Below, one piece after another: positions 8,538 through 18,173 of a stretch of 34,360 nt of DNA. Each line of letters starts with the position of its first letter. Position 1 is the stretch's first letter. Origin of the DNA: Atribacterota bacterium. Its GTDB lineage: Bacteria > Atribacterota > Phoenicimicrobiia > Phoenicimicrobiales > Phoenicimicrobiaceae. Location: positions 1-34,360 of the forward strand of contig JBBRDV010000010.1 of assembly GCA_038203565.1 (NCBI GenBank). The letters are read 5' to 3'. The position numbers were made by a program, and so were the translations under genes. A model generated the notes under the pieces. That model ran no database searches. It was not told the DNA's origin and saw only the letters and a list, made by a program, of their open reading frames with translations.

Positions 8538-9746
8538 CTATTTATTAATCAACACCGTTACTTCTTCTGGTTCAACTTTAATTAAAGAAATTCCTTCGGG
8601 AAGATCTACTTTAACTTTTACCTTCTGTTCTACCTTAAAAACATCCGTAAATTCTACAAAGCTTTTTATATCTTTTTGTAATTTATCGATTAACACACTT
8701 TTTCCTTCAACAGTTATATCAACTACCTTTGGTATTATTTCATAAGATACAAAGGGAGAAAAATTCTGAGGTATAACTGAAACGTCTTTTAGAGTTTTCT
8801 GAATTACAGCTTCCTTAACTTGTATGCTTACCTCTATTAGTTCAACCTCACCCTCCACTATATTTAAACCTTCTTCTAAGGCCGGTGGGACTTTCACTGT
8901 AAGAGTCTTTGTAATTCCACTTACATCAATGGCAATAGTCTCTAAAAATTCAATATTACTTATTTTAGAATAATTACCAAAAATCTTTATATCATCGGGA
9001 TCAGATAATATTTCAGAAATGTAATAACCCGGAGCTGGCTTCCCGATTATTTTTGGTTTTACTGTTAATTGTTTTTCGGGATACCCACGAGTTAAAGAAA
9101 TTGATACTTCCACTATATCCGGTTCAATCTTTACTTCTTTGATTTCATTTCCGTTTACATCAACTGCTTTTACTGTTAGTTTTCTGCTCAGATCTTCCTT
9201 TATTCCGGAAATATCAATAGCACAAATTATCTGTTTTATATTTTCTAATACACTCTGAGCACCAATTATCTTAACCTTAGAAGGATTAAATTGGGGTTCG
9301 TCAGTTAAAGAATATCCTTTTTCAGGAACCCCTATTAAACTATATTCAACTTCAATCTCTTTAGTTAAAACTTTTTCAACTTCAACTTTTATTTCCGGAG
9401 GAATAATTCTGGTGATCTGTGTTCCTTTAGGAGCAACAACTTCTACTTTTAATTTATATAGACCTTCTGTGTTAATTTCAGAAAAATTTACTATCCCGCT
9501 AATCTGATGAGGAGAAAGGTTATTTATTATATTTTTGGGACCTTTAATCCCCATGCTTACATTTGTGGGAAACTCCTTTATCACTAAGTCTTCGCTGAGA
9601 TTATTTTGGATAAGAGATATATCGATAAAATTCTCTACTATGGGGTTCTCTCCGCTTGCTATATACAACCATAAAATTATCGCTAAAAATAAAGAGAGTA
9701 ATTTGATATCTATATTTTTTAAAAACCAATTTTTTAATTCTTTCAT
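8538..9746 (-). CDS. cdaR: CdaR/YbbR-domain regulator of diadenylate cyclase
   Basis: N-terminal K.LSL.LAI.LWLYI membrane anchor, repeated P..V.I.G YbbR modules, and position between cdaA and glmM. Confidence 0.92.
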   Translation of the reverse strand: MKELKNWFLKNIDIKLLSLFLAIILWLYIASGENPIVENFIDISLIQNNLSEDLVIKEFPTNVSMGIKGPKNIINNLSPHQISGIVNFSEINTEGLYKLKVEVVAPKGTQITRIIPPEIKVEVEKVLTKEIEVEYSLIGVPEKGYSLTDEPQFNPSKVKIIGAQSVLENIKQIICAIDISGIKEDLSRKLTVKAVDVNGNEIKEVKIEPDIVEVSISLTRGYPEKQLTVKPKIIGKPAPGYYISEILSDPDDIKIFGNYSKISNIEFLETIAIDVSGITKTLTVKVPPALEEGLNIVEGEVELIEVSIQVKEAVIQKTLKDVSVIPQNFSPFVSYEIIPKVVDITVEGKSVLIDKLQKDIKSFVEFTDVFKVEQKVKVKVDLPEGISLIKVEPEEVTVLINK

Positions 9747-10552
9747 TTTTTATTATCCTCTGTCGGCCAGAAACCAAATTCAGAGATTATCTTAGGTTGG
9801 TATAAATGCGTTAACATCTTTTTCAATCCCTGGGGTTCCATAGGTCGGGTAATCTTTCCATCTAAAGCAATGGATATATTTCCTGTCTCTTCTGATACTA
9901 TAATTATCAAAGCATCTGTCTGTTCACTTAACCCTAAAGCTGCTCTATGTCGGGTACCTAAAGATTTACTAATATCCATTCTCTCGCTTAGGGGTAAAAT
10001 ACAATTCGCCCCTGCAATCTTATCCCCTCTAAGAATTACAGCTCCATCGTGTAAAGGAGAGTCGAGCATAAATATAGAATATAATAATTCAGGAGAAAAT
10101 TCACTATTTAAAATAATACCGGTCTCTAAAATATCTTTTAAACCTACCTCTCTCTCTAAAACCACCAAAGCTCCTTTATGTTTACTGGAAAGCATTGGCA
10201 TTACCATAACCAATCCATTTATCAATTGTTCAATTTTTTTATCGACTTCCTTGTGCAGAAAGGAGGTATTTATAAAAAATCCTCTTTTCCCCATCTTTAA
10301 TAACCCTCTTCTTATTTCTGGTTGAAATATTATAGGCAGGGCTACAACCATCATAGCCATGGCTCCTTTTAGAAGCCAATTAATAGTTCTAAGACCAAGC
10401 TGATCAGCAATAAAAGAAACGATAAAAAGAATAACCAGACCTTTGATTAATTGCACTGCCGGCGTATCTTTGATTAAGAGAATTACGTGGTAGGAAATAA
10501 AAGCAATGATTAATATGTCTATAAGATCTAAAATACTGAAAGAGATTGGCAC
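9743..10552 (-). CDS. cdaA: Diadenylate cyclase CdaA (DacA)
   Basis: Three N-terminal hydrophobic segments, IFQPEIRR, PLHDGA and GTRHRAA catalytic motifs; GTG start. Confidence 0.96.
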   Translation of the reverse strand: MPISFSILDLIDILIIAFISYHVILLIKDTPAVQLIKGLVILFIVSFIADQLGLRTINWLLKGAMAMMVVALPIIFQPEIRRGLLKMGKRGFFINTSFLHKEVDKKIEQLINGLVMVMPMLSSKHKGALVVLEREVGLKDILETGIILNSEFSPELLYSIFMLDSPLHDGAVILRGDKIAGANCILPLSERMDISKSLGTRHRAALGLSEQTDALIIIVSEETGNISIALDGKITRPMEPQGLKKMLTHLYQPKIISEFGFWPTEDNKK

Positions 10553-10565
10553 TTGATTCTCCCCT

Positions 10566-11498
10566 TTATAATAGCAAAGCTAAGATACCTTTTTGAGCAT
10601 GTAACCTATTTTCTGCCTGATCAACTACTACAGAATGAGGACCATCTATAACTTCATCAGTTATCTCTTCCCCACGATGAGCAGGCAGGCAATGTAAGAT
10701 TATTACATCATCTTTTGCTTTATTTACTAAATCTTGATTTATTTGATAAGGCTTAAACACATCTTTTCTAATTTCACTCTCTTTTTCAAATCCCATGCTG
10801 GTCCAAATATCGGTATATATGACATCAGCTCCAACTACAGCTTCTTTTGGATCTTGGATAATTTCTATTCTGCTACCTATTTTTTTAGCATCCTCGTTGG
10901 CTAGATTTACAATCTCTTCCTTCGGCTCGTAACCAGGAGGAACGGCTAACACAATGTCCATCCCTACCTTAACCGCTCCAAATAATAAGGAATGTGCCAC
11001 ATTATTTCCATCGCCAATATAAGCTAATTTAAGATTAGACAATCTACCCTTCTTTTCTTTAACCGTTAACAGATCACCTAAAACTTGACAGGGGTGCAAA
11101 AGGTTAGACAATCCATTAATAACTGGAACTGATGAATACTTAGCTAATTCTAACATTATTTCATGATTGAAAGTTCGAGCCATAATTCCGTTTACATAAC
11201 GAGATAGCACTCGAGCAATGTCTTTAGTTGCTTCTCTTTCTCCTAATTTTATATCACCGGGACCTAAGTAAATTGCTTGTCCACCTAATTGAATCATTCC
11301 TGCTTCAAAAGATACCCTGGTCCTTAAAGAAGGTTTTTGAAAAATCATTCCTAAAACTTTTCCCTTTAAAAGAGGTTGTTCTTCATGAGAATAATATCTC
11401 AATTTTATAATCTCAGCAGTTTCTAATATTTGAGTAACCTCTTCTCTGCTCAAATCATTAATGGATACTAAATTTTTGCCTTTCATATTTATAGCCAT
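10566..11498 (-). CDS. argF: Ornithine carbamoyltransferase
   Basis: SLRTR, HPCQ, DIWTSMG, HCLP and QAENR motifs. Confidence 0.95.
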   Translation of the reverse strand: MAINMKGKNLVSINDLSREEVTQILETAEIIKLRYYSHEEQPLLKGKVLGMIFQKPSLRTRVSFEAGMIQLGGQAIYLGPGDIKLGEREATKDIARVLSRYVNGIMARTFNHEIMLELAKYSSVPVINGLSNLLHPCQVLGDLLTVKEKKGRLSNLKLAYIGDGNNVAHSLLFGAVKVGMDIVLAVPPGYEPKEEIVNLANEDAKKIGSRIEIIQDPKEAVVGADVIYTDIWTSMGFEKESEIRKDVFKPYQINQDLVNKAKDDVIILHCLPAHRGEEITDEVIDGPHSVVVDQAENRLHAQKGILALLL

Positions 11499-12586
11499 TA
11501 TTTTTTCTCCTTCCTTTTGTAGAAATATTTTTTTACATATTTTGAAGTGGTGGCAGAAAGCAATGCGGGGTAATTTAATTTAAACCTTACTTCAGCACCA
11601 ACTTTTAATTCTTCTTTAAAATCAGTAATATCAATAATTAAATGGTCACTACTTGCACCTACTATTTTTATTCCTTCTTTCAAAGGAATCAAACTATTCA
11701 GATAAATGTCCTGTTTCCCTATTGCTAAAATGGCTCTTTTTCTTATTCCTAAATCCCGAAAAACGGGTATCTTCCCAAAAGCATCCCGACCAATCTCTCC
11801 TCGGGGCAAAGATGGCTTCTCTTGTACTTCTATAACTTCTGCAGTTAAAATAAAAGTATCTTGATAGGTGCCTGCTATATTGCGCAATCTTACATCATCT
11901 TGGCCAAGCATAATACCTACTCCTATCCTTAACTGATTTATTCTATTGGGGATAATGTCATCTTCAACTAATTTTAAAACACTGGTATTGCCCCCTGAAA
12001 TTACCTCCAAATTTATATGAAAATTATTTTCGATTTCTTCAGTTAATTCAACCAGTTTAGTTAGGTTTTCCCGAGTAGGCATTACTCCGCTGATACAGCA
12101 AAAATTTGCACCAATACCTATTATTTTTACTCCTGGATATTTTCTAATTTCGCCTACCATTTGCAAAGCATCATCTGGCATAATTCCTTCCCTTAAGTCC
12201 CCTAAGTCTATCATCAGAATTATTCTATGAACAGCCTTTCTCTTTAAAGCTTCCTGTGATAATGATTTAATTACCGAAATTTCTGAGTTTAAACTTATGT
12301 CTGCCCAATCTAAAACTCTATCCACTTCACTTAACATAGGAATCCTTATTAACATCGTTTCTACTTTAAGTTCAGATTTTTTCAATCCTTTGAGATTCTC
12401 AATTCGAGAATCGCCTAAAATATTTATCCCCCCGTCTATCATGGCTTGACCTACTTCCGTAATAGCACAACATCCTTTAGTTATTCCTACTACTTTAATT
12501 CCGTGTTTTAAACAAAGGGCTTTAATATTTTCTGAATTACTTTTTATCTTGTCTAAATAAATATCTAATCGAGGATTTCTTTTCAT
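11498..12586 (-). CDS. PLP-dependent racemase, ornithine racemase (Orr)/alanine-racemase-like family
   Basis: ITK (PLP lysine), DSRIENL, IDLGDLREG, ISGGN, LRIG and GASSDHL motifs; substrate not determinable from sequence. Confidence 0.8.
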   Translation of the reverse strand: MKRNPRLDIYLDKIKSNSENIKALCLKHGIKVVGITKGCCAITEVGQAMIDGGINILGDSRIENLKGLKKSELKVETMLIRIPMLSEVDRVLDWADISLNSEISVIKSLSQEALKRKAVHRIILMIDLGDLREGIMPDDALQMVGEIRKYPGVKIIGIGANFCCISGVMPTRENLTKLVELTEEIENNFHINLEVISGGNTSVLKLVEDDIIPNRINQLRIGVGIMLGQDDVRLRNIAGTYQDTFILTAEVIEVQEKPSLPRGEIGRDAFGKIPVFRDLGIRKRAILAIGKQDIYLNSLIPLKEGIKIVGASSDHLIIDITDFKEELKVGAEVRFKLNYPALLSATTSKYVKKYFYKRKEKK

Positions 12587-12629
12587 TGTTTCTTTCCTTA
12601 AAAAGGGAAAATAATTATAAAAGATAAAT

Positions 12630-12727
12630 TAGTCGTTACTGCATTCCTATGCTAACGACCAGGTAATCCACAAGCAACCAACTATTTCTTGGCGAGATAC
12701 AATTCACGAGATACGAGATACGATTTT
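12630..12727. repeat. gtcgtta/taacgac hairpin and CGAGATA heptamer array
   Basis: gtcgtta..gcat-tcct-atgc-taacgac (12632..12659); cgagata caattca cgagata cgagata cgatttt (12693..12727). Confidence 0.7.
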
Positions 12728-12751
12728 TGTGTAGTTTTCAGATAAAAAACT

Positions 12752-12798
12752 AAAAAAAAGAGAAAGGCGCCTTACTACTTAGCTAACCTTTCTCTTTT
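12752..12798 (-). terminator. Intrinsic terminator after rpsI
   Basis: 12-bp inverted repeat aaaagagaaagg/cctttctctttt ending in an 8-T run on the minus strand, 17 bp after the rpsI stop. Confidence 0.75.
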
Positions 12799-12815
12799 CA
12801 ATGACGTAAAAATAA

Positions 12816-13208
12816 TTATCTCTTAGAAAATTGGAATCTGGCCCGAGCGCCTTTTTGACCATATTTTTTTCTTTCTTTCATCCTTGCATCCCGAGTTAAT
12901 AAACCTTCTTTCTTTAAGATTGAGCGCAAAGTAGGATCATATTGCAGAAGGGCTCTAGCAATTCCATGTTGTAGCGCCCCTGCTTGGCCAGTAATGCCCC
13001 CTCCTTCTACTTTAGCAAAAACATCTAATTCATTCTTTTTATTTACTAATTCTAAAGGTTTCTCTACTACGGTCGATAAAGATTCTCGTCCAAAATAATT
13101 ATCTAATGTTCTTTTGTTAATTTTTATACTACCTTTGCCAGGGACTAACCAAACTCTGGCAATTGAGGATTTTCTTCTTCCGGTACCATAACTTTTTGTC
13201 TGTGACAA
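12816..13208 (-). CDS. rpsI: 30S ribosomal protein S9
   Basis: GTGRRK, GGG..GQAGA and C-terminal QFSKR; TTG start. Confidence 0.98.
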   Translation of the reverse strand: MSQTKSYGTGRRKSSIARVWLVPGKGSIKINKRTLDNYFGRESLSTVVEKPLELVNKKNELDVFAKVEGGGITGQAGALQHGIARALLQYDPTLRSILKKEGLLTRDARMKERKKYGQKGARARFQFSKR

Positions 13209-13231
13209 GTATTTAACCTCCTTCCTCGTGC

Positions 13232-13657
13232 TTAGTTAATTTTTTCTAATTTTTGAGCTTGATGGGGGTGTTCATTCCCCTTGTAAATCTTTAACTTTTT
13301 AATCATTGCTCTACCTAATTTTGTATGAGGAATCATGCCTTGGACTGCTTTTTTCACCACTAATTCTGGTTTTTTCTTTAATAATGTTTCCAGAATAACG
13401 CTTTTTAAGCCTCCTGGATAAGAGGTATGATACCTGTATATTTTTCCTTTGAGTTTATTTCCAGTTACTTTTATTTTTTCAGCATTTATAACCACTACAT
13501 AATCACCTAAATCCATAGATGGTGTATAGGTTGGTTTATTCTTTCCTCTTAATATTGTAGCTATCTGAGTAGCTAATCTCCCCAATATTTTTCCTTCTGC
13601 GTCAATTAGATACCATTTTCTGTCAATATCTTCTGCTTTTGCACTGTAGGTTTTCAC
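13232..13657 (-). CDS. rplM: 50S ribosomal protein L13
   Basis: WYLIDA.GK.LGRLA and HPHQAQ; GTG start. Confidence 0.98.
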   Translation of the reverse strand: MKTYSAKAEDIDRKWYLIDAEGKILGRLATQIATILRGKNKPTYTPSMDLGDYVVVINAEKIKVTGNKLKGKIYRYHTSYPGGLKSVILETLLKKKPELVVKKAVQGMIPHTKLGRAMIKKLKIYKGNEHPHQAQKLEKIN

Positions 13658-13762
13658 TTTGTTCCTCCCTGCCTAATAATTTCATATGTAATTTATTTTT
13701 AAAAAAATTAATTATTTATTCCCCTTAAAATACTTGTTATTTATTAGAAAATAATATAGTAA

Positions 13763-13791
13763 ATTGTAATATAACCAAGTCCTGATGTCAA
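13763..13791 (-). promoter_or_regulatory. sigma70-type promoter of rplM-rpsI
   Basis: TTGACA-17 nt-TACAAT on the minus strand, about 105 bp upstream of rplM. Confidence 0.8.
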
Positions 13792-13798
13792 GCTAAAA

Positions 13799-13968
13799 TA
13801 GTATATAGTATGTAGTATTTAGTATATAGTTAGATTCGGATTTTATATTTCGTGAATCGTATCTTGAATTTCGGATATATTTAAATAGCTAAATGCTATA
13901 CGCTATAAACTATACGTTATAAAGGCTTCGAGTATTAAATTCTGGTTTCTTTACGCGATACGAAATAT
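13799..13968. repeat. Interleaved heptamer arrays of at least two families
   Basis: tagtata tagtatg tagtatt tagtata; atttcgt gaatcgt atcttga atttcgg; ctaaatg ctatacg ctataaa ctatacg; acgcgat acgaaat. Confidence 0.8.
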
Positions 13969-14008
13969 TAATTCACTAATTGTCTAATCAATTAGTGAAT
14001 TAATATTT
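13963..14008. repeat. Perfect 20-bp inverted repeat overlapping the truA stop codon
   Basis: aaatattaattcactaattg-tctaat-caattagtgaattaatattt. Confidence 0.85.
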
Positions 14009-14746
14009 TACTTTCATTAAAAATAGTCCTTTGGCGGGGACAGTTTTACCTGCCATTTTTCTATTTTTAGCTTCTAATATCTTCTTTATCTCTAAATAAT
14101 TTATATTCCCCTTACCTACTTCCAAGAGAGTACCAACGATGGTACGAACCATTTTATATAAAAAAGCATCGGCCTCAATATGAAAACAAAATATATTTCC
14201 TTTCCTGATTATGTTTATATCTTTAATAGTTCTTTCCCAGTTTCTAATCCTACTCCCCGAACAGGCAAAAGATGTAAAATCATGTTTTCCTTGTAAAAAT
14301 ATACTGGCTTTTTTCATCTCTTCTAAATTTATCTTCTTATAAACGCAATATACATAATTTCTTAAAAAAATAGATAGATAATTATTATTTAGATTAGAAT
14401 TAAAAACATAATAATGATAAATTTTACTAACTGCACTATAACGGGCATGAAAATTATCATCTACTCCCTCTGCTTTTTTAATCCTGATATCTAAGGGTAG
14501 CAATCGGTTTAGAATCAAAGGTAATTCCACCCAGGGAATAGAACTGTTAGTTTTAAAATTTGCTACTTGTCCTAAGGCATGCACTCCTGCGTCGGTTCTT
14601 CCAGAACTATTAAGTACTATTTTTTCTTGGGTAATCTGAGATATTTTTTCTTCCAAAATTCCCTGTATGCTTAAAAGATTTTTTTGTCTTTGCCAGCCAT
14701 AATATTTAGTTCCTTCATATTCTAGGGTAAGCTTTATGTTAATCAT
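14000..14746 (-). CDS. truA: tRNA pseudouridine(38-40) synthase
   Basis: Y.GWQ.Q, GRTDAGVHA, FHARYSA and FLYKMVR motifs; start moved to the ATG at 14746, which follows a GAGGG RBS. Confidence 0.96.
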   Translation of the reverse strand: MINIKLTLEYEGTKYYGWQRQKNLLSIQGILEEKISQITQEKIVLNSSGRTDAGVHALGQVANFKTNSSIPWVELPLILNRLLPLDIRIKKAEGVDDNFHARYSAVSKIYHYYVFNSNLNNNYLSIFLRNYVYCVYKKINLEEMKKASIFLQGKHDFTSFACSGSRIRNWERTIKDINIIRKGNIFCFHIEADAFLYKMVRTIVGTLLEVGKGNINYLEIKKILEAKNRKMAGKTVPAKGLFLMKVKY

Positions 14747-14766
14747 TTTTCCCTCGATATACGAAT

Positions 14767-15564
14767 TCAAAACATTACACTCACTGTAATAGTGATAACA
14801 ATAGTGAGAACAAAGGTTAAAATATCAGTTTTTTTGATTTTTAGTTCTCTATAATGAGTCCTACCCTCTCCCCCTCTATAGCATTTAGCTTCCATAGCAA
14901 TGGCTAATTCATCAGCACGTCGAAACGCATTAACAAACAAGGGTATTAAAATAGGTATTAAATTCTTTGCTCGGTTAAAAATATTTCCACTTTCAAAGTC
15001 TGCACCTCGAGATATCTGAGCTTTCATTATTTTTTCTGTCTCTTCCAATAAAGTCGGAATAAATCTCAGTGCTATAGTCATCATCATAGCTATTTCGTGA
15101 GCGGGCATACCTATGAATTTAAAAACAGACAATAACCTTTCTATTCCATCAGTTAAAGATATAGGAGAGGTCGCCAAGGTAAGCAGGGAGGTAGTTAAAA
15201 TTAGGATAAATAATCGAAAAGAAACAAGCAGTCCTTTTACTAATCCTTCTCGGGTTATTTTTAAAAAGCCTAACTGATAAATCACTTCTCCTTCAGTCAT
15301 AAAAAGATGGATTATCAGAGTAAATATAATAATAAATAATAAGGGACGCAGACCCCTGAAAACAAATTTTGGGTGTACCTTAGAAATAATAATGCTAATT
15401 AATACAAAGCACCCTAAAATTAAATATCCTGAAAATTTTGTTATTAAAAACAAGCTTACAATTATAGCCAAACAACTCAATATTTTTATTCTGGGATCCA
15501 AATTGTGAATTAAAGAATCCCTTGGGATATATTGACCAAAGCTAATATTCCTTAATATTCTCAT
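14767..15564 (-). CDS. ecfT: ECF transporter transmembrane T component
   Basis: LDPR.K, IALRFIP, AQ.SRG and AME.K.Y motifs. Confidence 0.95.
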   Translation of the reverse strand: MRILRNISFGQYIPRDSLIHNLDPRIKILSCLAIIVSLFLITKFSGYLILGCFVLISIIISKVHPKFVFRGLRPLLFIIIFTLIIHLFMTEGEVIYQLGFLKITREGLVKGLLVSFRLFILILTTSLLTLATSPISLTDGIERLLSVFKFIGMPAHEIAMMMTIALRFIPTLLEETEKIMKAQISRGADFESGNIFNRAKNLIPILIPLFVNAFRRADELAIAMEAKCYRGGEGRTHYRELKIKKTDILTFVLTIVITITVSVMF

Positions 15565-15613
15565 CTTTCCCCATCTTTTTAATAATAATTTATAAATTAC
15601 ACTCTTTAAGCAT

Positions 15614-16480
15614 TTATCTCTTTATTGGTTTTTTCATTTTTTTTAACACTTCTCTTTCAGCATCATCTACGGTTAATACCCCGGTATATACATCTTTTCC
15701 TTTTGCTTTTAATTTATGCATACACTCGGTTACCTGTGGAAGTCCTAAACCCACTTTCACTAGATCGTTAGCATGCTTCTCAAAAATTTCTTGGGGAGTA
15801 TCATCTATAATTATTTCTCCTCGATACATTACTAAAAGACGCTTTACTGTCTCGGCAATCTTTTCCATATTGTGCGATACTAATACCACAGTCATTCCGA
15901 AATTATAATGTATTTTTTCTATCTCAGATAATATATTATCTCTTCCCTGCGGATCAAGATTGGCAGTGGGTTCATCTAATATCAACATTTTTGGTCTTAT
16001 GGAAAGTATGCTGGCTAAGGCGACTCGTCGCATCTCCCCTCCGCTTAGAGAAAAAGGAGAACGTTCTGCATAGAGGTTATAATCAAGGTCGACCATCTTT
16101 AAGGCTTCTCTGACTCTTTTTTCAATTTTTCCTTCTGGTAAACCTAATTTTCTTGGGCCAAAGGCTACTTCTTGATAAATTGTTTCTTCAAATAATTGAT
16201 TCTCGGGATACTGAAACACTAAACCTATTTTTTGTCTTACTAACCTAAGGTTTACTCCTTTTTTATTTAAATCCACTCCTTCAACGCAGATTTTACCAGA
16301 AGTTGGTGTAAGTAAACCGTTAAAATGCTGAATTAAAGTCGTTTTTCCGCAACCAGTATTCCCGATTAGACCAATAAATTCACCTTTATCAATCTCTAAA
16401 TTGATATTCTTTAATACTTCTGTTTCAAAGGGCATTCCCAAACTATAGGTAAAGCATATATTTTCTAAATGTATAAACAT
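15614..16480 (-). CDS. ecfA2: ECF transporter ATPase A2
   Basis: Walker A G.TG.GKT, FQYPE.QLFEET, LSGGEMRR and LDEPT motifs. Confidence 0.93.
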   Translation of the reverse strand: MFIHLENICFTYSLGMPFETEVLKNINLEIDKGEFIGLIGNTGCGKTTLIQHFNGLLTPTSGKICVEGVDLNKKGVNLRLVRQKIGLVFQYPENQLFEETIYQEVAFGPRKLGLPEGKIEKRVREALKMVDLDYNLYAERSPFSLSGGEMRRVALASILSIRPKMLILDEPTANLDPQGRDNILSEIEKIHYNFGMTVVLVSHNMEKIAETVKRLLVMYRGEIIIDDTPQEIFEKHANDLVKVGLGLPQVTECMHKLKAKGKDVYTGVLTVDDAEREVLKKMKKPIKR

Positions 16481-17307
16481 AAACTTTCCACCATATCCTC
16501 AACTTTCAATATATGGGGAGATATATCTATTCCTCTTTTGTTTAATCTTAGAGCGAGTTCGGTTATTTGAGGAACATCCAATCTTAATTGTTTTAAAACC
16601 TCTATTTGAGTAAATACCTCCTCAGGTTTTCCTATGAGAGCAATTTTTCCTTTATCTAATACGATTACCCGGTTAGACTCAACTGCCTCCTCCATTAAGT
16701 GAGTAATATAAATGATAGTAATGTTCTCTTCTAAATTTAACTTCTTAACAATATCTACTATCTCTTTTCGACCTCGGGGATCGAGCATTGCCGTAGGTTC
16801 ATCTAAAACCAAATAGGAAGAGTGCAAAGCAATTGCCCCAGCAATTGCTACTCTTTGTTTTTGTCCACCTGAAAGTAAATGCGGTTCGCTTTTTTTGTAC
16901 TCTCTCATTTCTACAACTTCTAAAGCCCAATCAACCCGTTCTCTCATAAGTGTTGTCTTTATTCCAATATTTTCCAGGCCAAAAGCTATATCATCTTCCA
17001 CCGTAGTTGCAATGATCTGATTGTCTGGATTTTGAAATACCATACCAACTTTTCGTCTTATTTCCCATGTTTTGCTCTTATCCTTGGTATTCATTTCATC
17101 TACCCAAATATCTCCGATAGTAGGAAGCAACAAGCAATTCATGTGTTTAGCTAAAGTAGATTTTCCAGATCCATTAGAACCTATAATAGAAATAAAATCA
17201 CCTTTTTTTATTTCTAAATTAATAGAATCCAAAGCTTTTATTTGATCTTTCATATGATAATTGTATATGTGACTTAAATTTTTTATTTTAATCAAAATGT
17301 TCACCAC
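16465..17307 (-). CDS. ecfA1: ECF transporter ATPase A1
   Basis: GSNGSGKST, FQNPDNQ, LSGGQKQR and LDEPTAMLDP motifs. Confidence 0.93.
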   Translation of the reverse strand: MVNILIKIKNLSHIYNYHMKDQIKALDSINLEIKKGDFISIIGSNGSGKSTLAKHMNCLLLPTIGDIWVDEMNTKDKSKTWEIRRKVGMVFQNPDNQIIATTVEDDIAFGLENIGIKTTLMRERVDWALEVVEMREYKKSEPHLLSGGQKQRVAIAGAIALHSSYLVLDEPTAMLDPRGRKEIVDIVKKLNLEENITIIYITHLMEEAVESNRVIVLDKGKIALIGKPEEVFTQIEVLKQLRLDVPQITELALRLNKRGIDISPHILKVEDMVESLCLYI

Positions 17308-17315
17308 TTATTATA

Positions 17316-17727
17316 TAGTATTTAGTATATAGTATGTAGTAAAGAAGTAAAGAGATAGAATACAGAATTCAGCACATAAATTCGTATTTCGTACCTTGTG
17401 AATCGTATCTCATGTTTTAGCGTATAGCGTACAGCGGATATAGGATAGGGACGTATCGCATATGGCCATAAAAAGTTCTGCAAAACCATAGAGAGTAAAA
17501 AGATTTAGTGTAGGAGTTTTATTTATCAAGCTCTCGCAAAACACGAGTGGAATAAATTCGACCCCTACATTAAAATCAATACTTTATATAAATAGTTTTT
17601 AGCTTTGAATTATGGTTTTTCGTTTTAAGTTTTTAATTTAATTAGGACGAGTATTTTATTAATCCAAACTATACGCTAAACGCTACCCGCTCTACGATAT
17701 AAGCAATACTTGATACTTAATAATACA
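17316..17727. repeat. Nested repeat cluster: outer TAGTAT arms and inner TAGCGTA arms enclosing a REP doublet and an AAAAGCG-family motif
   Basis: tagtatt tagtata tagtatg (17316-), tcgtatt tcgtacc (about 17382-), tagcgta tagcgta cagcgga (17418-), REP doublet 17510..17568, heptad motif on - at 17597..17640, ctatacg ctaaacg ctacccg ctctacg (17669-), caatact tgatact (17704-). Confidence 0.8.
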
Positions 17728-17741
17728 ATATTATAAAAATC

Positions 17742-17802
17742 AAAAGGTTAAAAAGTTTAACTATTAAATCATCAGTTTTAACATAAAACTTTTTAACCTT
17801 TT
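17742..17802 (-). terminator. 17-bp inverted repeat after rplQ, possible terminator
   Basis: aaaaggttaaaaagttt / aaactttttaacctttt with a 27-nt loop, 16 bp after the rplQ stop; AT-rich with a large loop, so function is uncertain. Confidence 0.5.
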
Positions 17803-17818
17803 TTCATTTGTTCTTCAA

Positions 17819-18172
17819 TTATTCTACAAATTCAATCACAGCTAAAGATGCCGCATCACCTTTGCGAAATCCAGTTTTCACAATACGTGTATAGCCACCA
17901 TTTCTCTCTAAATACTTTGGGCTAATTTCTTCGAATAATACTTTAGAAGCTTTTTTATTTCTTATTACTTTTTGTACCTCTCTCTGGGCATGTAAATTAT
18001 TATTTTTAGCTATGGTTACTAACTTTTCCACATGTTTTCGGACTTCTTTTGCTTTAGTGAATGTGGTCTCAATCTTTTTATGAGTTATGAGTGAAATAGA
18101 TAAATTAGCTAACAAAGAGCTTCTATGACTACTACTGCGACCTAATTTTCCTTTTAATTTCTTGTGTCTCAT
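17819..18172 (-). CDS. rplQ: 50S ribosomal protein L17
   Basis: MRH..KLGR, KAKE, R.GGYTRI and RKGDAA; start set at MRHKK. Confidence 0.97.
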   Translation of the reverse strand: MRHKKLKGKLGRSSSHRSSLLANLSISLITHKKIETTFTKAKEVRKHVEKLVTIAKNNNLHAQREVQKVIRNKKASKVLFEEISPKYLERNGGYTRIVKTGFRKGDAASLAVIEFVE

Positions 18173-18173
18173 C

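Noticed and set aside
11315..11335. SLRT instead of STRT in the carbamoyltransferase, suggesting an N-acetyl- or N-succinyl-ornithine enzyme
   Set aside because: The DxxxSMG ornithine-binding loop and HCLP are intact, and SLRT/SMRT variants occur in ordinary OTCases.
13658..13760. L13 leader RNA upstream of rplM, and S10 leader upstream of rpsJ
   Set aside because: No convincing consensus or structure by eye; a covariance-model search would be needed.
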